This document shows positions 1 to 13,109 of a stretch of 64,000 bases of DNA, in pieces; positions within the stretch are counted from its first letter, which is position 1, and each line of letters begins with the position of its first letter. Source of the DNA: Ginglymostoma cirratum (Eukaryota); NCBI GenBank assembly GCA_024137785.1, contig JAHRHZ010000031.1:3643725-3707724 (forward strand). Direction: 5' to 3'. The position numbers and the translations under genes were made by a program. Under the pieces are notes generated by a model, which was not told the DNA's origin, ran no database searches, and saw only the letters and a program-made list of their open reading frames with translations.

Positions 1-196
1 AACATTTGACCTGTGGACTTGTGTTATGATTGCATGGGCCTTGTTTGAAATAGCTAAAATCATTTACAAAGTAGTTTTCTCTTTTATGCTGTTATAAACA
101 TTTCTGCATAATACATAATTTCATCTACAAGGAAAGGTTTATACAAAAGGCATGACAGTATAGTGGTTGATTCTTTCTATCCATCTATTATTTCTA

Positions 197-770
197 ATCT
201 CTGAATTATGACGGAGCAAAAAGAGGCTGTTTAGCCCACTGCATCTGCACCAGCTCTCTGAGAATTTCAACTTATTTTCAATCTTCTGCCTTTTCCCCAT
301 AACCCTCCAAATTTGTTTGTATTTAAATAATCACCTGACAAACCCTTTTAAATGGCTTAATTGAATCTACCTGCATGACGCTTTCAGGCTGTACATTCTA
401 GTCCCTAAAATCTACTCGCTGTGTGCAAATGCATTTATCTTGTTTCACGTTTGATTTTTTTTTGCCAACTCTTTACACCTCTGCCCTCTGTTTTGTGATC
501 TTTTTGTAAACGAGAACAATTTTTCCCAATCTGCTTTGTCTCGGCCACTCACAATTTAGAAAACCTCCGTCACATTCCTCCTGAACCCTTCCTTCTCTAA
601 GAAAAAATAGTCCCAGTGACTCTAATCTGTCCTCATAAGTTTCTGAATCGCTGAACCATTCTTGTAAATCTCTTTTACTCTCTCCCCAGTGCATTCCCCT
701 CCTTTCTAAAGTGTGGTGCCTAGAACTGTACATGGTACTGCAACTAAAGTCTAACAAGTGTCTTTTATAA
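197..770 (-). mobile_element. Old CR1-type LINE 3' fragment
   Basis: Minus-strand peptide remnant YEDRLESLGLFFL; resembles other CR1 3' ends in the window. Confidence 0.7.
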
Positions 771-878
771 GTTTAGCATAAAAATATTTTGCTGGCCACT
801 GTTGAGGGTGCTGGCTACAAGTGAGATGGTTTGGTTTCTAATGATAGTTAAAGGGTGAAAAGATGTCTGTTGTTTATG

Positions 879-1095
879 TACTGAAAACAACAAATGTCGG
901 TGATCACAGCAGGTCAGGCAACATCCACGGAGAAAGAGCAAACTCATGTTTTGAGTCTAGATTACTTCATCAGGGCAGCTCTAAACTCGAAATGTTAGCT
1001 TGTTCTGTCTCCATGGATGCGGCCTGACCCACTGTGTTCACTAGCGTTTTTTTTGTTTTCGGTATAGATTCCAGCATTTGCAGTAATTTTCTCCT
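879..1095. repeat. Palindromic (MER6-like / Penelope-terminus-like) hairpin repeat
   Basis: Arm gaaaacaacaaatgtcggtgatcacagcaggtcaggcaacatccacggaga is imperfectly complementary to tctccatggatgcggcctgacccactgtgttcactagcgttttttttgttttc; related copies at ~26020 and ~35343. Confidence 0.75.
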
Positions 1096-1294
1096 CCCAT
1101 TGTTGTTTATTTGCCTTTGCTGCCTCATGTGACCAAACCTGAGAGTGCCCATGAGGAAAGGTCAGGGGAAGGGAGTTTTCTAACATTCCTGACCACAGCA
1201 GTTCTAATTGTGGCTCCACAGCCACCGAGTTAGCATTGCATAGACATTGCAAATGTTGCGAACAGCTTAGAAGCTGGTTTGATCTTAATAACCT

Positions 1295-2101
1295 AAACTG
1301 GACATGGTGCAATGAGAACAACCCCTCTCTCAACGTCAGCAAAACTAAAGAACTGATCATTGACTTTAGAAAGAATGGAGGAGAACCCCCCCCACCCCCA
1401 CCATCTACATCAATGGAACTGAAGTTGAGAGGGTAACAGCGTCAAATTCCTCAGAGTGACAATAACCAACAACCTGTCCTGGACTTCCCACATATGTGCG
1501 AAGGTGAAGAAGGCACAACAACACTTCTTCTTCCTCAGGCTGCTCAGGAAATTTGGCATGTCCATAAGGTCCCTCACCAATTTTTACAGATGCACCGTTG
1601 AAAGCATACTGTTGGGGTACATTGTGGCCTGGTATGGTAACTGCTGTGCCCAGGACTCTAAGAACCAAACAGAAGGTAGTGTGCACAGCCCAGACCGTCA
1701 TGGATGCCAGCCTTCCATCCACGGACTACATTTACACGGCTCGCTGCCGCGGAAATGCAGTTAACATCATCAAAGACCCATCGCACCCTGGTAATGACCT
1801 CCTCCAACCTCTTCCATCAGGCAGATGATACAGAAGCTTGAACACATGCATCAGCAGGTTCAGGAACAGCTTCTTCCCGGCTGTTCTTCAACTGATGATT
1901 GGACTCTCTTGCCTCAAATAAAGCTGATCTCACTAATGTTGATCTTGCCAAGCGCACGCCCTGTGCAATGTAACCTGTTTGCCTCTGTCTAAGTCGTTTT
2001 GATCTGTACATCCTTGCTCACTATGATCTGCCTGTACTGCTCGTAAACAAAGTTTTTCACTGTACTTCAGTACATGTGGCGATAAATCAATCAATCAATC
2101 A
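1295..2101 (+). mobile_element. 5'-truncated Rex1/Babar-clade LINE
   Basis: Peptides WCNENNPSLNVSKTKELIIDFRK, LSWTSHI..VKKAQQHFFFLRLLRKF, IIKDPSHPG..LQPLPSGR across frameshifts; 3' tail (AATC)n at ~2085-2100. Confidence 0.88.
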
Positions 2102-3044
2102 TGGAAGACTTGCATTTTGTAAGACCCATGAATCAAAACTTCCTTGAGATTGAACTTGTATCAGATAAAACAGTGATACTCAAATGGCAAATTTGTATGC
2201 ACGTTAACAGGTCAGAAACTGAACATGTTGTTGTGACATGTGACTGATGGTTAGAAGATTATCCTGCTATTTTCATGTTTCTAAGTATGTCTGTACATCT
2301 GTTTTGAATTAGTGTTCATGTCATTTCCATTTCAAATTGTGCTTTAGTACCTTATACTAAAACTTCTTCATTCTCCAAACTCTACTCAACATTTTACTTT
2401 CCTGGTAGGATTGTTGGCTAGATGTTTTTCAGTGCTGCTCGGTTGGCAAAATTCCAAGACGATTGAGTATTAATGGGTTGGAAACTGCTGTCTCTTGTTA
2501 AGGGATTGGGTGAAAACTGTTAAGTTATTAAATACTGTTCACCTCATAGCAGATTGCAGCAGAAAACAGTATGTGGTCTAATTGGGTTGAGATTATTACC
2601 TACTTCAGACAACTTTGTGAGGGTTGCATAGACACTCGTAACAGAATCATCATACAACTATTGTAAAAATAATTTGTACAGACATTTAGCTATTTTACCA
2701 AGTGTAATTAATTTATCTTTTTCAGTCAGATTGTTTTATGGCAAATTGCTGCAAAACTAAATAACCATGGGTAGCAGGCTACAGAATAATTTTTACGAAC
2801 ACACTTCAGTGATGTAAGTTATGGGAATGAAATTTTTCACTTAAATCAAGCAATTTGTAAATGCACACTCCGCCTCTCCACCCCCACCTCCACGCAGTTT
2901 CATACACCCAAGTCTCATTTTGCCCTCAAGATATGAAGTTATGATTGATTGTGGGTCAATTATTTGGATTAAGCAAGAGGTTTTGGAAAGTATAAATGTC
3001 ATTTATGTAAAGATAAAGTAATTCAGTATTTCTGAAAAAAAAAT

Positions 3045-3830
3045 ACAAATTTTGTCAAGGCTTTTTGTCCTGCACTCAAGACACTTCAGTGCAAAGAGTA
3101 AACAGCATTTATGCTGTGTGAGAGGAGAGTGCTGATTGGTTGGTAAGTGGACTCTTGTTTCGTAGAGGCATTGCCATGTTGAATGTACCAGTCAATGATG
3201 ATTGACAGTTAACTGCTAAAGCTAGTTGAAACTATAAACCAGCAAGTTAACTGTGGTCAAAACACTGCTCTGAGACAGAAGCAGAGATTGTGTGTCATTT
3301 ACTTATGTTGCGTTATGCACACATGTGCTGGTTTAATGTGTACATGTCTGTGCACTAAGAACAGGGCTTTGTGTATCAATGTATGTAGCTACCAATACGT
3401 CATTTAGGATCAGGTAGCATATGTTGTCCAATTGTGAAATCACATTCAATTTTGGACACTGAGTTTTGAAAGTAGTTCTGGTTGGGTACAGTCAATATCT
3501 TGCTTGTTATGAACAGCTGAAGGGATCTGCTGTTTGACACAATCTGCCAGTCTTTGGGACTTTGGACAAATATATCTAACATCACACTGGCACTGAAATG
3601 TATATACTACTGTGTTTATTCATGTGATAGGCAAAATGCCTTTTTAGCTTAGTGGTAGCAACCTGTTAGTGGAACACGACTCGTGTTGCTACTGTATAGT
3701 AACAATGTGAAACAGCTGTCTCCACCTGTTGCTCAAACATTTGATATACTTGCACTTTCAGTGTAATTTGAGGTAGACTAGGCACTTTTCAAGACTGAAA
3801 TTTCTCTCATGAGTTTTTGCATGTTACAGT
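3045..3830 (-). mobile_element. Decayed Penelope-like element (GIY-YIG endonuclease remnant)
   Basis: Minus strand gives VVYTFQCQCDVRYICPKSQRLADCVKQ and CDFTIGQHMLPDPK, resembling PLE VVYxF-CxC-xxYVG-TSQRL-DRIKQH / CDSAIGQHLL. Confidence 0.7.
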
Positions 3831-4346
3831 GAGAAACGATCTGATTCTGCAAGGCCGTTTTAATGTACGTTCTTTCGTCAGCATGTTTGCATGGTGAATG
3901 AATTGCTGAGGTCCTATTTTACAAAATTGTCGATAAAGCCAATCTTACATCCAGTGGAGCTATGGGAATTTCAATCTGTGTACTGACCAGTGTAGATAGA
4001 TTTGCAATATACAATAGTGGGGAACACCATCGCCAATTTTGTTTTCAACTATTAGAACCAGAAAAGAGCATTCATTTGACTGTTCCAGTTCAAATGTGAG
4101 TTTGAGCACAGGCTTTTAAAACATAGAAGGAAATTCATGCATGCAGCTTTAGATTCAGGTTTAAAAAATGTATTATCTGCATGTTGGAAATGTGCAAGGA
4201 GTAAGATGTTCTTCTTTAGTAGTACTGGAGTTCTGAAAGAAAATGGTTCTGGAGTTCATTATAATTTTTTTAAACAAAAATTGGCTGTTATCATTTCATC
4301 TTTCGTGGACTTGATATGTTGTTAGCAATTTACAAATTGGCCACAC

Positions 4347-4697
4347 CTTTTTTTATTCAATCACAGGATGTGGGCATCTCTGGCTAAGCCAGCATTTATT
4401 GCCCATCCCTAATTGCTCAGAGCACAGTTAAGAATCAATAATGTGGGTCTGGAGTCACATACAGGCCAGACCAGGTAAGGATGGCAGATTTCCTTCTGTA
4501 AGAAGGCATGTCTAAAGGACATGAGTGAACTAATTGGGTTTTTCCAGACAATTTGTTACCATTAAACCCTTAATTCCAGATTCCTTGTTTTGAATTCACA
4601 TTCCACTATCTGCACATGGGATTTGAACTCAGGTCTCCAGAACATTAGCTGAGGTTCTGGATTCATAGTCTAGTAATATACCACTAGGCCATTGCGT
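4347..4697 (-). mobile_element. tRNA-headed SINE of elasmobranch type
   Basis: Reverse-strand box-B-like gagttcaaatccc (~4618-4630) and tRNA-like head near 4690; tail gccagcatttattgcccatccc shared with LINE at 55190; second copy at ~40085. Confidence 0.7.
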
Positions 4698-6611
4698 CTC
4701 CATGTGCAAGTTATAGTTGTGCAACATTCCCAATTGCTTTCCAACACCTTTCCAACACAGTGCCGGTTACAGACCTATAGCAAGATGGGCCAGAATATCA
4801 TAGCTCTGTAGCTCAAAAGGCGATTTTCAGAAATGTTCCAATTTATTCCATCCAGTCGGATGTGGTTATGAAAACTCTCTGCTTGAGTCATTGTGATAAC
4901 AATAAACATTTTTGTTTAAGCTTAGAAAACCTGCATAAAATGTGTGTCTCCTAACTTTTAAAACAGCAGCACAAATTTTATAATTCCCTGTGAATGTGGT
5001 AGATTTATGGCTTTAAAATCTGATATGAGTATTGTGTAGGCAGCCATGCAGTTCTGCATCCCTGAACTGTTGTTGTAAATTAGAGCTGTAGACCTTAAGG
5101 TATTCAGTTGATTTTGTCAGAATTGTACCTGATGAACACAGGGCTACCATCTAGTATCTAGATGGGGTCTTCAATTCAATGGGAGGTGGAAGTCTGACCT
5201 TAGTAAGCCTACTTCTGTATATGCGTCAGGGATAGTGAAGATTCCAACATGCTGTGTTCTTCCTGAGGAGATATATACAATGGATTCACCTATTGAGACT
5301 AACTCAAAGATGGAAAATTTCGTGAAGGAAACCATGGTTGTTCCAGTTTCACAACACAATATGTAAACTAAATGTACAGGGGGAAATTACATATTAGAAT
5401 GCAAAGAAACCTATAGCAGAACTGATACTGAGTACTCCTTTATAGTTCAGACTTTGCAGATGTCCATTTGAGTTCACACGAAGTGACTGGACAATAAACC
5501 TGGGTTTTCTTCTGAAACACTGAGTTTTGCAAACAATCAAGATCTGGAAATGGAGGACTATAATGGATTTTGCAGCTGTCCTGTTTCATTGCTGAAATTT
5601 GCACTTAGGTTTGCAAACTTTATCTTCTTGGTTTCAAATGTAGTTGCTCCTCTTGGCAAAAGGTCATTTTGAAAGGCTGTCATGCTATCCCAGGATAGAA
5701 ATCTGTCAGAAAAGAATAATGGCTATAGGGATCATTTGGCCAAGATTCTTAACATTGTTGAGTTATTCTTTTGTCCAGCCCAGACTTCCACACACATTTC
5801 ATGTTGACTGCTCACATAAGTCAGCCAAAACTTCATTGCTAAACTCAACAATCTTTGTTGTCGCCGGGGCATGTTGAGCATGCATGACAGCAGATTATCG
5901 CAATTATCTGGTATTGTTAGACACTTTACTCAACTCCAGCACTATTATACTGACATACTTCAAAGCTTTGTGCACATCTGTTGATCTGGAAGGTTATTAA
6001 TAGTCAACATTTTTTTCTCAGAATTGCATTAATTGGTAACTTGCTATAACAAGTGCAAATTAATTCTGTATTTTACAGAAGGGACAGCTGGAGTTTAACG
6101 TTTCAAGTACCTATGTTTATGAGAGCAATTCATCCTCGTATTATCATTATCTGACTGCTGACAGTTTCCTATGAAGGAGAAAATGTTTACTGGGAAAGTT
6201 GGATTAAGGTTGCAGATACTTCCCATAATTAACAATTCAGCTCCTGTTCCCAAACTGTAATTAGTTTTGGACATGCCTGTGGCATCTCAAAGTTACGATA
6301 CTACATGGTGATGCAGAGAGTAAGAGCTGACTATTATACACTGCCTTGTTTTTAAACCTATTATAAAACTAACAAAACAGGCTTTAACAATACTCATTTT
6401 ATGTAGCCCGAAGAATAGACATTAAAAAGCAAAAATGTTAGGGGTGACTGGATATATGTTTTCTGTTTTAAACATTTACTATTTAAAAATATTTTCATAA
6501 GGTGTATTTCTTTGACAATTCAAAACACTTTATTTTGATTTAATCAAGTTTCTTTGCCTCTGGTGTAGTCACTGAAGGAATGAAATGCACGCTGAGATGG
6601 TCCAGTGAAAA

Positions 6612-6990
6612 TAAAGTGAGATTGAAATTTATTTAGCACGGCCACAGGTCACCTCAAAGCACTTTACAGCCAATTAGGTGTTTCATGAAGTGTGGTCACT
6701 ATGTGGCAATTTGTAGAAAGCAAGCTCCCACAAACAGCAATATTTTAATGACTAGATGTTGATTGAGAGGAAAAATAAAACTGGCCAGAACTCTGGGAAT
6801 GGCTTCAGTGCTAGTCTTTGGAATAGTCCTGTGGAATCTTCAATGTCCACCAAATAGGGCCGACCTCCTTGTAATAACATTACACCAAAAAGAGACCACC
6901 TTGGGTAGTGCTGCACCTCTGCAGTACTCATTGGAGTGTTAACCTTGGTTTTTGTGCTTGGGACCTGAAGTCAACTTGTGGGGCTTTCAA
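6612..6990 (-). mobile_element. Old SINE remnant with Deu-like core
   Basis: aaagcactttacagccaat...gaagtgtggtcact...gcaagctccccacaaacagcaa recalls the DeuSINE core; weaker relatives at ~8505-8800 and ~37040-37260. Confidence 0.55.
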
Positions 6991-7269
6991 TAAAAAGATG
7001 CTTCTTACCCTCCCATGTTTCCTTTCATCTAACTGCCTATCTAATTTCTCTGTACCTTTTGATACATCGTCTCTTATATTTTCTGTTCTGCTGCTGTAGT
7101 GGAATCAGTTGAACTCCTTTAGTTTCTCAAAAAGGAACGTTTTGTTAGATTGAATGCAGCACGTTTTGAACCTGATACTAAATAATAAAACATTTACTAT
7201 GTTTTTCTTTCCTCGATTTTGGTGCTGTGACAAGTCCCACTAAGATAATTGGCATTGAGGACCTCTTGG

Positions 7270-8300
7270 GTTATAGAGTCAAACAGCATGGAAACAGACC
7301 CTTTGGTCTAACTTGTCCAAGCTGACCATGTTCCCAAATTAAACTAGCACCACCTGCCGGCATTTGGTTCATACACTTTCAAATCTTTCCCCTTCATGTA
7401 CTTATGCAAATGTCTTTTAAACATTGTAACTGTATCCGCATCCACCACTTCCTCTGGCAGTTCATTCCTCAGACTAACCACTCTCTGTATAAAAAGAAAA
7501 GTTTGTCCCCATATCCTTTATAATTCTTTCTGCTCTCACCTTAAAAATATGTCCCCTTGTTTTGAACTCCCCCCTATCTTAAATATCTTTGCTATTCATT
7601 TTGTCCGTGCTCCTCATGATTGTCTAAACGTCTACAAGGTCACACTTTTACCTACTGTGCTCCAGTGAAAAAAGTCCCAACCTGTCCAGCCTCTCCTTTA
7701 TAACTCAAGCCCTCCATTCCCGGCAACTTCCTGGTAAATTTTTTCTGACACTGTCCAGTTTAATAAAATCCTACCTATAACAGGGCAACCAGAACCGGAC
7801 ACAGTATTCCAAAAGTGGCCTCGCCAACGCCTTATACGACCTCACGTGATGTCCCGACTCCTATAACTCAGAGGTCTAAGCAATAAAGGCAAGTGCGCTA
7901 AAAGCCTTCTTAACCATCCTGTCTACCCGTGACACAAATTTCAAAGAATTTTTGACCTGAACCCCTAGGCCTGTCTGTTCCGTAATGCTACCAGGGCACT
8001 GCAATTAATTGTGTAAGCGATTTTCTTGTTTGTGTTAACAAAATGCAATATCTCGCATTTAACCAAATTAAACTCCATCTGTCACTCCTCGCCCCATTAC
8101 TCAGCAAACTTACTAACCATGCCTCCTGTATTCTCATACAAATCGTTTATATAAATGAGAAACAAAAGTGGACCCACTACCAATCCCTGTGGAACACGGC
8201 TTGGTCCAGTCTGAAACACAACACTGAACCACCACCCTCTATCTCCTAACATATCCAAATGGCAAGCTCACCCTGAATCCCATGTGATCTAACTTTACTT
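7270..8300 (-). mobile_element. CR1/HER1-type LINE 3' fragment
   Basis: Highly similar to 10505-11700; decayed RT C-terminus on minus strand. Confidence 0.85.
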
Positions 8301-10504
8301 ACTCTCAGTCTTCTAGTCTTGAGTTGACTATTAGATGCACAAAGTTTGTCTGAGTTGTCTCATCATGGAGCTTGTCCTCTTAAGTAAGCTATCACTTCAT
8401 ACCATAAATAGTGTGTCATTGGTCAGGAACTATCTCCACTGACAGGCAAAGCAATAAAAAACTGAGCCACTGATTGCAAATAAAGAGAAGAACCCATGTG
8501 TATATGCAGCACCTTTTCAAGTCCTTGAGTGTCCCTGTCCACTCCAGAAGTAATGAATCACTTTTGAAGTGAAGTCACTGTTGTGATGCAAATTCAACAG
8601 CCATTTCTGCTGTCTGCAATGTACCATAAACTGCAAGTGAACTGAATGACTAGTCAATCTACATTGAAGGAAAAATGTTGCTCAGGTCATTGGAAAAGGT
8701 CTTGCTCCTTGAATGGTGTTGCACAACCTTTTACGTTACCTGAATAAGCATGCAGATTTAACACTTCATGTTATAGCTGACATAGTGTTCAGTACTTGGG
8801 TTTTCTATCAACGTTTGACCACATCTTAATGATCAATTAGTTGTAAGTGCACTGAGGATACAAAATGTGGTATATAATTGAAAGTTATTCTAAGCTGATA
8901 TATCAATTGAGTACTTATATTGCTTTTCTGTCCTAAAGTGGTGTTTTGAACTGACTAAATGTCTAAGACACATTGGATTTTTCAACATCATTGGATAACC
9001 GAAGTCTTTCAATGTGTATCAGAGTGCTGCATATGCAGTGCAGAGTTTCTTCATGTAACAGATGACCATGCATTTCATTTCATGCTCCTGCCATTGGGCA
9101 TTTGGTCAAGTTAGATAACCGATGTAGATTTGCATTTTCACTCTATATTATTTGTGGTTTGTCCACTTGATTACAGTGCTAATGTCACAGTTAGATTTAT
9201 ATTCGTTGTAACTCCCTGCATTGGGTCTCCATTTGTCCAGAGCTAAATTCATCTCTTTGATTGTTTGTAAACCTTCTAGTGAGAGTGAGTCAGTTTGGCG
9301 TAGACTTCCAGAGGTGACTCCAGGCAGGTCTCCCACATTGAGCTGCACATGGAAGTTTGGAAAGTGAATGCAGGCAGTCTTCTGGTAGAAGAGTAGAGAG
9401 TAATGCAGGGGTTTGCTGCCAGTTGCTGCTTTGTGTTCAGCCCACTGTTTTCTCCAGGGTGAGACTCTGCTTTTCCTGCCACTGGTGTGAAACACACAGC
9501 TGATGGATCTTGTCCAGCATGTTTCCGATGCAGTGTGAATGCCACAGTACCATTGCTTGTTTGGATTATGTGATTTGATTAGATTAAGCTGATCGATGGA
9601 TATAAAGCAGCTACAGTCAATCAAAGCTGTCCACTTTTGCTTCCTTGATTTAGTCTTATATTTAAATAAGTAACAGATTGATTTTATGGTTTGTGGGGAT
9701 TAATTACTATGTGGGCTGGCCATTTTATGTATCTGATTGTTGGCATTAATGTGGTAAAAGTCTGCTTTCCTGAAATTGCCCTTAACTCCTAATCATAACG
9801 ACAGCTAGAGCAGGGGAGCTCACTTTAATTCAGTTGGCTCAGTTCCACATTGTAGTGGAAAGCTTTTGTTATTACCGTAAACTAGGTTGTTCACATATGA
9901 GTGTGGTGTGACCCTCTTTCCCTCTCCTGTAAACATAAAATGTAGTTTAGCATGTATTACTGTTTTAACGATTTTGTTCCAAATTGACACCTCTCTTAGC
10001 ACAGTACAACTTTAAATATCTATATTTTGACAATTGACTAATATTATAACTATGGTCTTGCTGCAGACATTGCTGGAACCTGTACGAGTATTCATTCATA
10101 CCACCCGAGTTCTTTGGCTATGTTGCTGACGCACAGTGATTTCTCAGAAAAATTAAAACTATTATCTTGTCAATAAATTGGCATTGTGTTAGAATGATGG
10201 TTATATTACAGCCATAATTTAATACTGACAGTCAGCAGCTTTGGTATGTGAAATGTGATCTGAGCAAACAGAACACAGTTTGTATATCTAGACATGATCT
10301 GCCAGTTGTTAAGAATACAAAGGTCATTTCTAAATACTTCCTGGAATAATACCCAAAACAGTGAAACATAGAACACTAATAGCCTTGTAGTAGAGATTGC
10401 TGATGTAAATGTGCTGGGCCATTAGTTTGATCCAAACCACTGACAAATGTAGAACTAAAATTAACCAGTTCAATGCAGTGTATTATCTCTCACTCCATTT
10501 GTCA

Positions 10505-12550
10505 CAGTCATAGAGTCAGACATCACGAAAGCAGACCCTTCGGCCCAACCAGTCCATGCTGAACATAATCATCCAAATTAAACTAATCCTACCTGCCTGC
10601 TCCTGGCCCATATCCCTCCACACCTTTCCTATTTATGCACTTATCCAAATGTCTTTTTAACGTTGTAATTGTACCCACATCCACCACTTCCTCAGGAAGT
10701 TCATTCCACACACGATCAACCCTCTGTGTAAAACATTTGCCCCATACCTTTTTTTAAACCTCGCTCCTCTCCCCTTAAAACTGTGTCCCCTAGTCTAGAG
10801 AATCCCCATCCTAGAGAAAAATACAACTACCATTAACTTTATCTATAGCCCCCATTATTTTATAAACTTCTGTAAGATTGCCTCTCAATCTCCTACACTC
10901 AAGTGAAAAAAGTCCCAGCCTATCCAGGCTTTCTTTGTAACTCAAACGTTCCATACCCAGCAACATCCTGGTAAAATCTCTTCTGAACCCTCTCCAGCTT
11001 AATAATAATCTTCCTATAACAGGGCAACTAGAACTGGAAGTAGTATTCCAGAAGAGGCCTCAAAAATATCCTCTTAAACCTCAACGTGACTTCCCAACTC
11101 CTATACCCAAAGGACTGAGCAGTGAAGGCAAGCATCCCAAATGCTTTTTTAACCACCCTGTCTATATGTGATGCAAACTTCAAAGAATTATGTACCTAAA
11201 CCCCTAGGTCCCTCCATTCTACAACAGTATCCAAGTCCTTACCATTAATTGTATATAAGCCCTACCCTTGTTTATTGTATCAAAATGCAATACCTTGCTT
11301 TTATCCAGATTAAACACCATCTGCCATTTTTCAGTCCATTGACCCATTTGATCACAATCCTTTTGTAATCTTAGTAAACCACCTTCACTGTATACTATGC
11401 CACCAATTTTGGTGTCGATCATAAACTTACCAACAATGACTTCTATATTCTCATCCAAATCATTTATATAAATGACCAGCAAAAAAGGACCCAGAACAGA
11501 TCCCTGTGGAACACCACTGGTGACAGGCCTCCAGTCTGAGAAACAACTGTCCACCATCACTCTGTGTCTCCTGCCATTAAGCCAATTATGTATCCAATTG
11601 GCAAGTTCATGCTGAATCCCATGTGACCTAACTTTGCTAATTGTTCTACCTTGTAGAAGGCTTTACTAAAATCCAAGTAAACAATGTCTGCTGCTCTGCC
11701 CTCATCAATCTTTTTGGTAACTTCCTCAAAAAACTCAGTCAAATTTGTGAGACATGATATTCTTTGCACAAAACCATGCTGACCATCCCAAATCAATTTT
11801 TGCCTCTCTAAATATCCAGAAATCCTACCTTTTATAATCACCTCCAACAATTTATCCACAACTGATGTCAGACTTACAGGTCTATAGTTCCCCGGTTTCT
11901 ACTTACAACGTTTGTTAGACAAGTGTACAACATTAGCCACCCTCCAGTCATCAGGCACCTCACCCATAGTTATAGATGATGCAAATATTTCTGCAAGAGG
12001 TCTCGCAATTTCCCCCCTTACTTCCCACAAAGTTCTGGGATACACTAGATACATTCTGTAGTGTGAACTGTTCTTAAAACATTGAAATTTATTTAACTGT
12101 GTTCTCTAAACTCCATTTCCTTCTCTGCAGTAAAAACTATACAAAATATTCATTTAGTATCTCTTCCATCTCCCGGGGTCCTCTTTGATCTTTACGGAGT
12201 CCTACCCTCTCTCTAGTTACCCTCTTGCTCTTAATGTATTTGTAGAATCGCTTAGGATTGTTATCTGCCAAAGCTATCTCATATCCCCTCTTTGCCTTCC
12301 TGATTTCTTTCATAAGAATGCCCCTACACTCTTTGTATTGGTTAAGAGATTCAATTGAACCAAATTGTCTATGTCTAAAATAAGTTTCTCTTTTATTCTT
12401 AACTGGAACCTCAATATCTTCATTCATTCGTTGTTCTTTAAACTTGCCAGCCATAACCTACACTATAACAAGAACATAATGCCTCTGAACTCTTGTCATC
12501 ACACACTTGAAAGCCCCCCACTTGTCAGACGTCCTTTGACCTGCGAACAG
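10505..12550 (-). mobile_element. CR1/HER1-type LINE, ~2 kb 5'-truncated, frameshifted RT
   Basis: ORFs QHGFVQRISCLTNLTEFFEEVT..YLDFSKAF, SGVPQGSVLGP..YINDLD, NPKRFYKYIKSKR. Confidence 0.93.
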
Positions 12551-13109
12551 TAATCCCACCCCATCCTTTGCTGTCCTGGCTGTGCTGATTTATGCTGGTG
12601 TTTGATTCCTTTACAGCAATATCTCTTTGCCTCTCTCTTCACCCCCCCCAGCCTCAACCACCCGCTCCTGCTTTCTTGCCCAAGTGACTATTCTGCATGT
12701 GTGAGCCAAAGACAGTAACTATAAGAAGGATATTTTTAGGAAACTATCACAGACAATCCTGACCCTTCCTTTAACCAGCTTTCACATATGTAATTCTCTC
12801 AAGAGTTTGCCAGATGGCGTTTTGGAGCAGAAATGACTGCTGTCTTACGCTTCAGTGTTGCTTTGCTCATGCTGGATAGTTCAGGACAAATCTGGTGAGT
12901 ATGGCTGATTACCATAGCACATTTTGCAGTTAGCTACTCCATCTAAGAAAGCCAACCTGTAGCATAGTGCCTACACTGTATTAATACAGAGGCAGAGGCT
13001 AATATTGCAGGGGAGTTCAAATCCCACTGTGGCAGCTTCAGAATTTCAATTCGATTCTCATTAAGAAATGTGGAATTAAAAAGCTAGTAAAAATAACAGC
13101 TAACACAAA

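Noticed and set aside
9148-9624. 158-aa minus-strand ORF
   Set aside because: Non-ATG start, no recognisable domain, antisense in an intron; compatible with chance
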